Of a stretch of 64,000 bases of DNA, positions 13,811-29,390 are shown piece by piece. The notes under the pieces were generated by a model. The model was given only the letters and a program-made list of their open reading frames with translations, was not told the DNA's origin and did not search any database. The stretch is from the human T2T-CHM13v2.0 reference genome, Homo sapiens. The stretch lies in the NCBI RefSeq assembly GCF_009914755.1, contig NC_060947.1; one strand, 5' to 3'. Numbering within the stretch: position 1 is the first letter of the stretch; each line of letters begins with the position of its first letter. A program made the position numbers and the translations under genes.

Positions 13811-14432
13811 TTAATTCAAATAAGGAAGGGCCACAGAAATTTTGTTTTCATAGCTGCTAAAAGGACAAAATCTAACATTTATTCACGGACATCATGAAAA
13901 GTGTGTTTCTACCTACCTCAGGCTAATCACAGAAGAGATTTAACCCTTTTGCCTCCTTTTTCTGGAATCCACTTGACTAGATTGAGAAACACATAAATAA
14001 TCCCCTCCATGTATCTTACAGAATTGTCAGCAAAATGATTTCTGCTTTCCTGTCTTCCAAAATGCTCCCATAAACAGCCCAATGAAGAGTCCTAGAGAAG
14101 TGAGCTAGTAGAGCTTAAAATATCATGAGAGGACATATTTAAAGATATTTAGGATATATATTCCTGACTTTCAAAAACCTGTGTTCAAAGATATGAACCC
14201 ATAGGCTCTCAAGGCATAAATCAACAAAATAAGTTAATAACATAGTGATTTGATAACTATGAGTTGATAAGCAGGAGGGTGCACACCCTAATGATTTTAA
14301 ACCTGTGAGCTATAACTTCTGGGCACTGCAAGATTATCTGTTGGTAGATGTTATCATCACCAAAAAAATTAATTCATTTAAAATGTACTAAATATATTTA
14401 AACATTTTGTCATGTACTATTTTCATCTAATA

Positions 14433-14954
14433 CAGTGGTCCCCAATCTTTTTGGCACAAGAAATCGGTTTCATGGAAGAAAATTTTTCCATAGACTGGGG
14501 AGATGGTTTTGGGATGATTCAAGCATATTTCATTTATTGTGCACTTCATTTCTATTATTATTACATTGTAATATATAATGAAATAATCATAAAATTCACC
14601 ATAGTGTAGAATCAGTGGGAGCCTTAAGCTTGTGTTCCTGCAACTAGACAGTCCCATCTGGGGGTGATGGAAGACAGTGACAGATCATTAGGCATTAGAT
14701 TCTCATAGGGAGTGTGCAGCCTAGTTCCCTCACTTGCACAGTTCACAATGGGGTTTGTGCTCCTATGAGAATTGAAAGCTGCTGCTGATCTGACAGGAGG
14801 CTGAGGTCAGGTGGTAATGCAAGCAATGGGGAGCAGCTGTAAATACAGATGAAACTTCAGTCACTCAACTACCATTCACTTCCTGCTGTGTGGCCTGGTT
14901 CCTCACAGGCCATGAACTGGTACCTATCCATGTCCCAGTGGTTGGAGATCCCTG
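14433..14954 (+). mobile_element. MER1A hAT-Charlie non-autonomous DNA transposon
   Basis: TIRs CAGTGGTCCCCAA/TTGGAGATCCCTG, 522 bp, 8-bp TSD ATCTAATA/ATCTAATG. Confidence 0.9.
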
Positions 14955-14985
14955 ATCTAATGGATACTGAAAACACAAGTACTAT

Positions 14986-15582
14986 TGAGAGGTGAAGCCA
15001 GCTGGGCTTCTGGGTCAGATGGGGACTTGGAGAACTTCAGTCTCTAGCTAAAGGATTGCAAATGCACCAATCAGCGCTCTGTGTCTGGCTAAAGGATTGT
15101 AAATGCACCAATCAGCACTCTGTAAAAATGCACCAATCAGCACTCTGTGTCTAGCTAACGGATTGTAAATGCACCAATCAGCACTCTGTAAAAACACACC
15201 AATCAGTGCTCTGTAAAATGGACGAATCAGCAGGATATGGGCAGGGCCAAATAAGGGAATAAAAGCTGGCCACCTGAGCCAGCAGCGGCAACCCGCTTGG
15301 GTCCCCTTCCATACTGTGGAAGCTTTGTTCTTTCGCTCTTCACAATAAATCTTGCTGTTGCTCACTCTTTGGGTCCACACTACTTTTATGAGCTGTAACA
15401 CTCACTGCGACGGTCTGAGACTTCATTCCTGAAGTCAGTGAGACCACGAACCCACCGAGAGGAACAAACAACTCCGGACGCGCCACCTTTAAGAGCTGTA
15501 ACACTCACTGTGAAGGTCTGCGGTTCCACTCCTGAAGTCAGTGAGACCATGAACCCACCAGAAGGAATAAATTCCGGACACA
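14986..15582 (+). repeat. ERV9 5' LTR (LTR12 family), 597 bp
   Basis: TGAGAGGTGAAGCC start, CACCAATCAG U3 repeats, AATAAA at 15344, two U5 repeat units, ends GGACACA. Confidence 0.95.
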
Positions 15583-15585
15583 TTT

Positions 15586-15602
15586 TGGTGAGCAGATGGG
15601 AC
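15586..15602 (+). other. Primer-binding site (tRNA-Arg type, degenerate)
   Basis: TGGTGAGCAGATGGGAC resembles TGGCGACCCAGATGGGAC, the complement of a tRNA-Arg 3' end; a donor-like GGTGAGT follows at ~15614. Confidence 0.7.
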
Positions 15603-16834
15603 AATCACCAAGTGGTGAGTACCATCAGACCCCTTTCACTTGCTATTCTTTCCTATTTTTCCTTAGAATTCAGGGGCTAAATACCAGGCATCTGTCGGCC
15701 AGTTAAAAGTGACTAGCACGGCCACCAGACTAAAGACACGGGTGTCAGGCTTTCTGGGAAAGGGCTCTCGAACAACCTCCAACTCTTCGGAGTTGGGAGC
15801 GTTGGTTTGCCTGGAAACAGCTTCCACTTTTCCCATACTTCTGGGCTGAGCCTAGGGTTGACAGAGAGGACAGCCATTCAGCTCTGGGGTCACGACAACA
15901 AGTTGGTTGACCCTGCAGCCATAAGCAGAACTCTCAAAGTTACTTCACCCAAGCGAGACTTGCCCATCTATCCTATCTATCCTGACTTTTGCCTCCTGGG
16001 TCCTAATGCCTGTCAGACAAACTTCCTCTCGCCTCTCTTCTCCAAGGCTACTCCCACTTCTAAAAACCACTCCCTGTCTCTGGTGCTTTTCTAGTTTCTC
16101 CTATAAGAATGATTTCTAGTATAAACTCCAGGACTGTATTCCCTTCTTTAGGCACCTGGGCTCACCAATCAGAAAGATATAATTTTTTCCCAAAGCCCCA
16201 TTGTAGAGGGGGACTATCTGGAATTTTAGGATCCCTCCTCAGACAAGCAGGCCTAACAAAAGCTATTCCTGAAGCTAGGATATGGGGATCTTCAGAAATT
16301 GTATCCTTCCTATTCATATAAGTGAGGACAAAAGGCATCACTCTTGCAACTCTGGAGATCCCTTCCCTCCCTCAGGATATGGCCCTCCACTTCATTTTTG
16401 GGGCATAACATCTTTATAGGACACTGGTAAAGTCCCAATACTAACAGGAGAATGCTTAGGACTCTAACAGGTTTTCGAGAATGCGTCAGTAAGGGCCACT
16501 AAATCCGATTTTTCTCGGTCCTCTTTGTGGTCTAGGAGGACAGGCAAGGGTGCAGGTTTTCAAGAATGTGTCGATAAGGGCCACTAAATCCAACATTCCT
16601 CAGTCCTCCTTGTGGTCTAGGAGGAAAACTAGTGTTTCTGCTGCTGTGTTGGTGAGTGCAACTATTCCGATCAGTAGGGTCCAGGGACCGTTGCAGGTTC
16701 TTGGGCAAGAGGTGTTTCTGCTGTTGCATTGGTGAGAGCAACTATTCTGATCAGCAGGGTCCAGGGACTGTTGCAGGTTCTTGGGCAGGGGGAGAAACAA
16801 ACAAACCAAAACCATGGGTGGTTTTGTCTTTCAG

Positions 16835-18290
16835 ATGGGAAACACTCAGGCACCAACAGGCTCACCCTTGAAATGCATCCTAAGCCATTGGGACCAATTT
16901 GACCTGCAAACCCTGAAAAAGAGGCAGCTTATTTTTTTTCTGCACTATGGCCTGGCCCCAGTATTCTCTCTCTGATGGGGAAAAATGGCCAACAGAGGGA
17001 AGTATAAATTACAATACTATCCTGCAGCTTGACCTTTTCTGTAAGAGGGAAGGCAAATGGAGTGAAATACCTTATGTTCAAGCTTTCTTTTCATTGAAGG
17101 AGAATACACAACTATGCAAAGCTTGCAATTTACATCCCATAGGAGGACCTTTCAGCTTACCCTCATATCCTAGCCTCCCTATAGCTCACCTTCCTATTAA
17201 TGTTAAGCCTCCTCTAATCTCCCCTGCCCAGAAGGAAACAATAAAACAAATCTCCAAAGGACCACAAAACCCCCTGGGCTATCGGTTATGTCCCCTTCAA
17301 GCTGTAGGGGGAGGGGAATTTGGCCCAACCCGGGTACATGTCCCTTTCTCCCTCTCTGATTTAAAGCAGATCAATGCAGACCTGGGAAAGCTTTCAGATG
17401 ATCCTGATAGGTATATAGATGTCCTATAGGGTGTAGGGCAAACCTTCTATCTCACTTGGAGAGATGTCATGCTATTGTTAGATCAAACCCTGGCCTTTAA
17501 TGAAAAGAATGTGGCTTCAGCTGCAGCCTGAGAGTTTGGAGATACCTGGTATCTTAGCCAAGTAAATGATAGAATGACAGCTGAAGAAAGGGACAAATTT
17601 CCTACTGGTCAGCAAGCTGTCCCCAGTATGGATCCCCACTGGGACCTTGACTCAGATCATGGGGACTAGAGTCACAAACATCTGTTGACCTGTGTTCTAG
17701 AAGGACTAAGGAGAATTAGGAAAAAGCCCATGAATTATTCAATGATGTCCACCATAACTCAGAGAAAGGAAGAAAATCCTTCCACCTTCCTCGAGTGGCT
17801 ATGGGAGGCCTTAAGAAAATATACTCCCCTGTCACCCAACTCACTTGAGGGTCAATTGATCCTAAAAGATAAGTTTATTACCCAATCAGCCACAGATATC
17901 AGGAGAAAGCTCCAAAAGTGAGCCCTGGGCCCTGAACAAAAGGCATTATTAAACCTGGCAACCTCGGTGTTCTGTAATAGGGATCAAGAGGAAGAGGCCC
18001 AAAAGGAAAAGCAAGATCAGAGAAAGGCTGCAGCATTAGTCATGGCCCTCAGACAAACCAACCTTGGTGATTCAGAGAGGACAGAAAATGGAGCAGGCCA
18101 ATCACTTGGTAGGGCTTGTTATCAGCGTGGTTTACAAGGGCACTTTAAAAAAGATTGTCTAATGAGAAACAAGCTGCCCCCTCATCCATCTCCACTATGC
18201 CAAGGCAATCACTAGAAGGCACACTGCCCCAGAGGGCAAAGGTTCTCAGGGCCAGAAGCCCCCAACCAGATGATCCAACAACAGGACTGA
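16835..18290 (+). pseudogene. gag: ERV9 gag, disrupted
   Basis: MGNTQ start, [22 protein letters not shown]-like ITQRKEENPSTFLEWL, degenerate zinc knuckle CYQRGLQGHFKKDC; several stops and frameshifts. Confidence 0.9.
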
Positions 18291-18522
18291 GGGTGCCCGG
18301 GGCAAGTGCCAGCTCATGTCATCACCCTCACTGAACCCCAGGTATGTATAGCCGTTGAGGGCCAGGAAATTGACTTCCTCCTGGACAATGGTGCGGCTTT
18401 CTCAGTGTTAATCTCCTGTCCCAGACAGCTGTCCTCAAGGTCCGTTACCATCCGGGGAATCCTGGGACAGCCTGTAACCAGGTATTTCTCCCACCTCCTC
18501 AGTTGTAATTGGGAGACTTTTC
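18291..18522 (+). pseudogene. pro: ERV9 protease, partial
   Basis: Follows the gag TGA; FLLDNGAAFSVL (DTG changed to DNG); cut by the deletion at ~18522. Confidence 0.85.
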
Positions 18523-20064
18523 TACAGATAGTAAGTATGCTTATCTAATCCTACATGCCCATGCTGCAATATGGAAAGAAAGGGAGTTCCTAACCTCTGG
18601 GGGAACCCCCATTAAATACCACAAGGAAATTATGGAGTTATTGCATGCAGTGCAAGAACCCAAGGAGGTGGCAGTCTTAAACTGCCAAAGCCATCAGAAA
18701 GGTGAAGGAGAAAAGGCAGAAGGAAACAGTTGGGCAGATGTTGAGGCCAAAATTGCTGCCAGGTGGAACCTCCCATTAGAAATACCTATGGAAGGACCCT
18801 TGGTATGGAACAACCCCTCCAAGAGATTAAGCCCCAGTATTCTCTACTGAAACAGAATGAGGACTTTTCCCGGGGCATAATTTTCTCCCCTCAGAGTGGT
18901 TAACGACAGAAAAAGGAAAGGTAATTATACCCGAAGCCAGCCAGTGGAAAATACTTAAAACCCTCCACCAAACTTTTCATATGGGTATTGAAAACACTCA
19001 TTGAATGGCCAAGTCCCTATTTACAGGGCCAAATCTCCTCTGGACCATCCAACAGGTAGTCAAAGCCCATGAGGTGTGCTAGAGGAATAATCCCTTGGTT
19101 CATCGTAAGGTCCCTTTGGGGGAACAAAGAATAGGTCACTATCCCAGAGAGGAATGGCAGTTAGACTTCACCCATATGCCTACGTCAAAGGGATTTCAAT
19201 ACTTGTTGGTCTGTGTTGATATCTTTACAAATTGGATAGAAGCTTTCCCCTGCAAGACAGAGAAGGCTCAGGAAGTGATTAAAGTCCTAATTCATGAAAT
19301 AATTCCTAGATTTAGGCTTCCCCAAAGCTTACAGAGCTACAATGGTCCGGCTTTTAAAGCCACGATAACTCGGAATTTCCAGGGCGCTAGGGATACAATA
19401 TCACCTTCACTGTGCTTGGAGGCCACGATCCTTGGGAAGGTCTAGAAGGCAAATGAAACACTCAAGAGTCACTTAAGGAAATAACACAAGAAACTCATCT
19501 CCCATGGCCTACTCTTTTGCCCATGGCCTTGTTGAGAATCTGAAATTCTCCTCACAAAATGGGGCTCAGTCCATATGAAATGCTGTATGGATGAACTTTT
19601 CTCACAAATGACCTCCTACTTGATCAGTAAATGGCCAACTTGGTCAAAGATATAACTTCTTTGGCAAAATATCAATGAAACCGTAAAAAACCTACCTGAA
19701 GGATGTCACAGAGAAAGAGAACAGAATTGTTTCAACCAGGAGATCTAGTGTTGGTCAAATCTCTCCCCTCTACCTCCCTATCTATGGATTCTTTGTGAGA
19801 AGGACCATACTCGGTAATCCTCTCTACCCCCACTGCAGATAAGGTGGCAGGAGTGGAATCTTGGATTCACCACACCCGAGTTAAATTTTGGACACCCCCT
19901 GAGGAACCTGTGGGACAGTCAGCTCAGGAGTCCCAAGATCAGCCAGACCAGCCTTGATACACCTGCGAACCATTGGAGGACTTGCATCTCCTATTTTGGA
20001 AGGAAACATCCCAGACTAAAAAGGCTCCTACCACTGATCCTGAGGAACAACCCCTTCCTCCTTA
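18523..20064 (+). pseudogene. pol: ERV9 pol remnant (RNase H C-half + integrase; RT absent)
   Basis: TDSKYAYLILHAH (RNase H), WQLDFTHMP..YLLVCVD (integrase core); stops and frameshifts. Confidence 0.9.
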
Positions 20065-20117
20065 AAAAAGATAAGTGAAAACCTACATAATCTTTAACAC
20101 CTCTCCTTGCCCCTTTA

Positions 20118-22135
20118 ATGGAATCCTTTTACTATTTCATCATATTATTAAGCAGCTTACTAACCGTACTCTTTGTGATAGGACTATATACTGTAGCTTC
20201 TGCCAGGATGAAAATACTAATCACATCAACCTTCTTTCTATCTCCCTTCCTTCTGACAGCAATTTACTCCTACCTTTAACTCAGACTGGATAAAATTCCA
20301 GAGCACCCTCTTTACCTTCCTATTTCCTCTTTGCCTATCTATCCCTCCTGCTTCCTTGGATACCTCATACAATCACCCCTCTCCTTCCACTAGCTCCTAA
20401 TTATTTCTACAAGACTGTGAACTTAACCCACTCTCTGTTAAACTAGTCCAATCCTTCCCTGGCAAATGACTGTTGGCTTTGTATCTCTCTATCAACCTCT
20501 GCTTACATTGCCACTCCCATTCCCACAAAAAATTGGGTCTTTACCAACTTAACCTACCACCCTCATTATGAAGGAAAAGACCCTTTCTGACTTCTAAATA
20601 TGCAATCATTAGCTGACTTCCCCATCTCTGATAGGACCAAGAATACCCTAACAGGATGTGAAATCCAACTTTTACATTCTTACATTTCCAACCTTACCTA
20701 TTACACAAGCAATGAAAAGCCCATACATGGCCCTGTAACTATGAATGCCATCTTAACTTTCTAAGTCCCTTTATGCATCCAATGCAACCTGTTATCAGAC
20801 CTGTCCCTGGGGCACCTACTACCCCATCAGTGTAATTACACCCTACATCTTCAAGCCCCAACTGATCATAGTAACTTTCGAGTCACCCAAACAGCTCCAT
20901 TCAGACGGCTTGTCTGCTTCTCAAGGCCTCCAAAAATCATTGCCTCCTCCCTACTTAACAAACAGTCCAGGTTTTGTTATGGCAAACATACTCCCTGCAT
21001 GACCATTTACCCCTGTACCCCCTGCATCAGCACCCACACCACTAGTAAATGCCTTCTCATCCCCTCTTTCAATCACTCTCTCGAACGGTTCCTAGTAGAT
21101 ACAAAACGGTTTTTTTCTCCATGGGAAAACAGAACACAGGGAGCCACTCAATTTGCTCCCAACACCCCTTTCCAGCCACTCATTGGAATTACCTTGGCAA
21201 GTACTCTAGGAGTATGGGAAAGCAAAAACAACAAACTCAACACACCTTTTTAACGTATACAACCAGTTCTGTCTACCCAGCCAAGGTATATTCTTCTTAT
21301 GTGGAATGTCAACCTATATCTGCCTCCCCACTAACTGGACAGGCACCTGTACCTTAGTCTTTCTAAGTCCCAACATTAACATTGCCCTAGGAAATCAGAC
21401 CCTATCAGTACCCCTCAAAGCTCAAGTCCATCAGTGCACAGCCATATAACTAATACCCCTACTTATAGGGTGAGGAATGGCTACTGCTACTGGAACCAGA
21501 ATAGCCAGTTTATCTACTTCATTATCCTACTACCACATACTCTCAAAGGATTTCTCAGACAGTTTGCAAGAAATAACAAAATCTATCCTTACTCTACAAT
21601 TCCAACTAGACTCTTTGGCAGCAGTGACTCTCTGAAACTGCTGAGGCCTAGACCTCCTCACTGCTGAGAAAGGAGGACTCTGCACCTTCTTAGGGGAAGA
21701 GTGTTGTTTTTACACTAACCAGTCAGGGATAGTATGAGATGCTGCCTGGCATTTACAGGAAAAGGCTTCTGAAATCAGACAATGCTTTTCAAACTCTTAT
21801 ACCAACTACTGGAGTTGGGTGACATGGCTTCTCCCCTTTCTAGGTCCTGTGACAGCCATCTTGCTATTACTCACCTTCGGGCCCTGTATTTTTAACCTCC
21901 TTTAGGATTGAGGCCATCAAGCTACAGATGGTCTTACAAATGGAACCCCAAATGACCTCAACTAACAACTTCTACCAAGGACCCCTGGACTGACCCACTG
22001 GCCCTTTCACTGGCCTAAAGAGTTCCCCTCTGGAGGACACTACAACTGCAGGCCCCTTCTTCACCCCTATCCAGGAGGAAGTAGCTAGAGTGGTCATCAT
22101 CCAATTCCCAACAGCAATTGGGGTGTCCTGTTTAG
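20118..22135 (+). pseudogene. env: ERV9 env, disrupted
   Basis: SU CWLC at 20471-20482, degenerate ISD ([16 protein letters not shown]) and CX6CC (CTFLGEECC); many stops; start approximate. Confidence 0.88.
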
Positions 22136-22144
22136 AGGGGGGAT

Positions 22145-23109
22145 TGACAGGTGAAGCCAACCGGGCTTCTGAGTCGGGTGGAGACTTGGAGAACTTTTGT
22201 GTCTAGCTAAAGGATTGTAAATGCACCAATCAGCACTCTGTATCTAGCTAAAGGATTGTAAATGCACCAATCAGCACTCTGTAAAAATGCACCAATCAGC
22301 ACTCTGTGTCTGGCTAAAAGATTGTAAATGCACCAATCAGCACTCGGTAAAAATGCACCAATCAGCGATCTGTGTCTGGCTAAAGGATTGTAAAAGCACC
22401 AATCAGCACTCTGTAAAAATGCACCAATCAGTGCTCTGTGTCTAGCTAAAGGATTGTAAATGCACCAATCAGCACTCTGTAAAAACACACCAATCAGTGC
22501 TCTGTAAAATGGACCAATCAGCAGGACGTGGGTGGGGCCAAATAAGGGAATAAAAGCTGGCCAACCAAGCCAGCAGCGGCAACCTGCTTGGGTCCCCTTC
22601 CACAGCGTGGAAGCTTTGTTCTTTCGCTCTTCACAGTAAATCTTGCTGCTGCTCACTCTTTGGGTTCACACTACCTTTAAGAGCTGTAACACTCACCACG
22701 AGGGTCTGTGGCTTCATTCCTGAAGTCAGCGAGACCATGAACCCACTGGGAGGAACAAACAACTCTGGATGCGCCACCTTTAAGAGTTGTAACACTCACT
22801 GCGAAGGTCTGTGGCTTCATTCCTGAAGTCAGTGAGACCACAAACCCACCAGAAGGAACAAAAAACTCCAGACTTGCCACCTTTAAGAGCTGTAACACTC
22901 ACTGCAAAGGTCTGCGGCTTCACTCCTGAAGTCAGCAAGACCACGAACCCCCCAGAAGGAAGAAACTCTGGACACATCTGAACATCTGAAGGAACAAACT
23001 CTGGACACACCATCTTTAAGAGCTGTAACACTCACCACGAGGGTCTGCGACTTCATTCTTGAAGTCAGTGGGACCAAGAACCCACTGGAAGGAATAAATT
23101 CTGGACACA
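22145..23109 (+). repeat. ERV9 3' LTR (LTR12 family), 965 bp
   Basis: TGACAGGTGAAGCC start after the PPT, 10 CCAAT boxes, four U5 repeat units, ends GGACACA followed by the CTAT TSD. Confidence 0.95.
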
Positions 23110-24049
23110 CTATGATGTGAAAAAGAGATCCTAATATTTTAAAAGTTTAAGGGATCACCAATCTATTCCCAATTCCTCAGTTCACAGATGAGAAAAAATA
23201 ATTACAACTGAATGAGGTTATTGAAGACTTGAGAGGAGAGATGAGTTTCCTAAGGTCTCCTGATTTTGAACATATATATGCACACATATTGATCTATGTT
23301 TTAAGCACCTGGTACATGCTTAGCACTGAGATAACCCCCTAGTGTGGAGGTGGGAGGAAATGCAAGTAGTAGGAGAAAAGGTATCTGCTTGTAAGGAGTT
23401 CACATATCTAGTTGGGAAGACAGGGCTCTTTTATTATACTCTTCCTTGTATGATGCAGGCTAAAAGTGTCTTAAGAGTTCAGATATGGGGAGGGATGATG
23501 AGAGCTGGTATAGTTAGGCAAGACTTTGAAGAAAAGCTGTTGAATCGTGGGTATATTGGAAAAAAGAAGATGCTGAAGTAGTAGCAGCAGCAATAACAGC
23601 AAATATAGATGAGGAGATCAAAGACATAAAAGTTTATATCCTCATCATCTGCTAAAGATAATAACTTTAAACATGTTAGCATGCTTATTCTTAGTAGTTT
23701 TGTATGATATTGATGTGTGTATTATACCCAGTTTATAATTTCTAAATAATTTTGAATCATCTTAGCCATTGAAATGAAACTACTTTCCTATATCAATAAA
23801 AGGAATATATTGATGGTTTTACTTCTGATGTCTTAACTATGGCCAATTGGATCAAATAGACCCTTTATTTATTTTAAAGACCCTTATGAGCTCTTCCACA
23901 CACATCTTGCTCATTTTTCATCTGAGAAAAATACACACTCCAAGTTCTTTTATTCAATGATAATATCAGTGAGTCCCTGGAATATGTCAAGTACAATTGT
24001 GAACACCTTATATAAATCAACTCTGGAATCTTCACAATCATGTTAACAT

Positions 24050-24168
24050 GTTGGATTCTGAGTTCCATTAAGACAGGAGCCACATCTATTTTGTTGACTG
24101 TTGAATATCTCCTAGCAGAATGACTAGCACATAATAAGTGGTTGATAAATATTTGTTGAATGAATGAT
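24050..24168 (+). mobile_element. L2 3' end
   Basis: ..CTAGCACATAATAAGTGGTTGATAAATATTTGTTGAATGAATGA terminal motif. Confidence 0.7.
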
Positions 24169-24687
24169 AATTTTCTTTTTTCTAAAAGGAAATTGAGGCT
24201 CAGAGAGATTAACTTGCCTGATATTATTTAGTTACAAAATGGAGAAACTTTGGTTTCAAATATTATCTGCACTGGGCAGCATGGTGTCGTGCTTAAAAGC
24301 ATAGACTTGGAGGGTGGATCCAAGATGGCCTAATAGGAACAGCTCCAGTCTACAGCTCCCAGCGTGAGCGATGCAGAAGACGGGTGATTTCTGCATTTCC
24401 AACTGAGGTACCATGTTCATCTCACTGGGGATTGTCAGACAGTGGGTGCAGGACACTGAATGCAGCACACCGAGTGTGAGCTGAAGCAGGGCAAGGCATC
24501 ACCTCACCTGGGAAGCACAAGGGGTCAGGGAATTCCCTTTCCTAGCCAAGGAAAGGGGTGACAGATGGCAACTGGAAAATCGGGTCACTCCCACACTAAT
24601 ACACTGCTTTTCCAATGGTCTCAGCAAACGGCACACCAGGAGATTATATTCCACGCCTGACTCAGAGGGTCCTACTCCCACAGAGCC

Positions 24688-24762
24688 TCACTCATTGCTA
24701 CCACAGCAGTCTGAGATCAAACTGCAAGGTGGCAGTGAGGCTGGGGGAGAGGCACCCACCAT
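24688..24762 (-). pseudogene. L1 ORF0, prematurely terminated
   Basis: MVGASPPASLPPCSLISDCCGSNE* matches the ORF0 N-terminus; TGA (CpG decay) at codon 25; the homologous frame continues (GVGPSESGV..). Confidence 0.75.
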
Positions 24763-25336
24763 TGCTGAGGCTTGAGTAGGTAAACAAAGTGGCCAGGAAG
24801 CTCCAACTGGGTGGAGCCCACGGCAGCTCAAGGAGGCCTGCCTGACTCTATAGACTGCACTTCTGGTGGCAGGGCATAGCCAAACAAAAGGCAGCAGAAA
24901 CCTCTGCAGACATAAATGTCCCTGTCTGACAGCTTTGAAGAGAGTAGTGGTTCTCCCAGCATGCAGCTGGAGATCTGAGAATGGACAGATTGCCTCCTCA
25001 AGTGGGTCCCTGACCCCCGAGTAGACTAACTGGGAGGCATCCCCCAGTAGGGACAAACTGACACCTCACATGGCCGGGTACTCCTCTGAGACAAAACTTC
25101 CAGAGGAATGAGCAGGCAGCAACATTTGCTGTTCACCAATATCCACTGTTCTGAAGCCTCTGATGCGGATACCCAGGCAAACAGGGTCTGGAGTGGACCT
25201 CCAGCAAACTCCAACAGACCTGCAGCTGAGGGTCCTAACTGTTAGAAGGAAAACTAACAAACAGAAAGGACATCCAACCAAAACCCCAGCTGTACATCAC
25301 CATCATCAAAGACCAAAGATAGATAAAACCACAAAG

Positions 25337-28905
<3,569 letters not shown>

Positions 28906-29119
28906 ACAATGAGAACACATGGACACAGGAAGGGGAACATCACACACCAGGGCCTGTTTTGAGGTAGGGGGAGGGGGGAGGGATATCATTAGGAGATATA
29001 CCTAATGTTAAATGATGAGTTAATGGGTGCAGCACACCAACATGGCACATGTATACATATGTAACAAACCTGCACGTGTTGCACATGTACCCTAAAACTT
29101 AAAGTATAATTAAAAAAAA

Positions 29120-29390
29120 AAAAGCATAGACTCTACAGCCAGAAGGCTTAGGTTTGACTACTGGCCCTTCCCCATCTTAACTACAGAACTTTGGAGAAAT
29201 AGACTTAACTTCTCTGTGCCTCACTTTTTTCATTTGTAAAATGGAGCTGATAATATAATATTAAGGATGATATAATAATTTCCCCATAGGGTTGTTATGA
29301 GGACTAAGTGAGTTAATATATGTAAAATATTTACATATATATTTATTTAGAAAAATATATAGAACATAGCAAGTGTTAAGCATTTAGTAA
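29120..29390 (+). mobile_element. MIR SINE split by the L1PA4 (5' piece at ~24275-24307)
   Basis: GCAGCATGGTGTCGTGCTTAAAAGCATAGACT continues after the L1 as CTACAGCCAG..CTTAACTTCTCTGTGCCTCA..TGTAAAATGG. Confidence 0.8.

Larger units (their letters stand above)
14986..23109 (+). mobile_element. ERV9 (HERV9/LTR12) provirus, RT-deleted and defective
   Basis: Two TG..CA LTR12-type LTRs, 4-bp TSD CTAT (14982-85/23110-13), PBS, gag-pro-(deletion)-RNaseH-IN-env order, PPT AGAGGGGGGAT before the 3' LTR. Confidence 0.96.

Noticed and set aside
15050-15230. Regularly spaced CACCAATCAG repeats (also 22205-22520) resembling a CRISPR-like array
   Set aside because: The spacers are themselves repeated. 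This is the known U3 enhancer array of LTR12, in eukaryotic DNA with no cas genes.
16465-16790. Two pairs of ~70-90 bp direct repeats in the ERV9 leader
   Set aside because: As I recall these are typical of the ERV9 leader, not specific to this locus.
22207-23110. Antisense ORFs up to 149 aa with repeated ADWCIYNPLARHR motifs (also 15048-15401)
   Set aside because: Stop-free reading of LTR12 tandem repeats; no evidence of coding.
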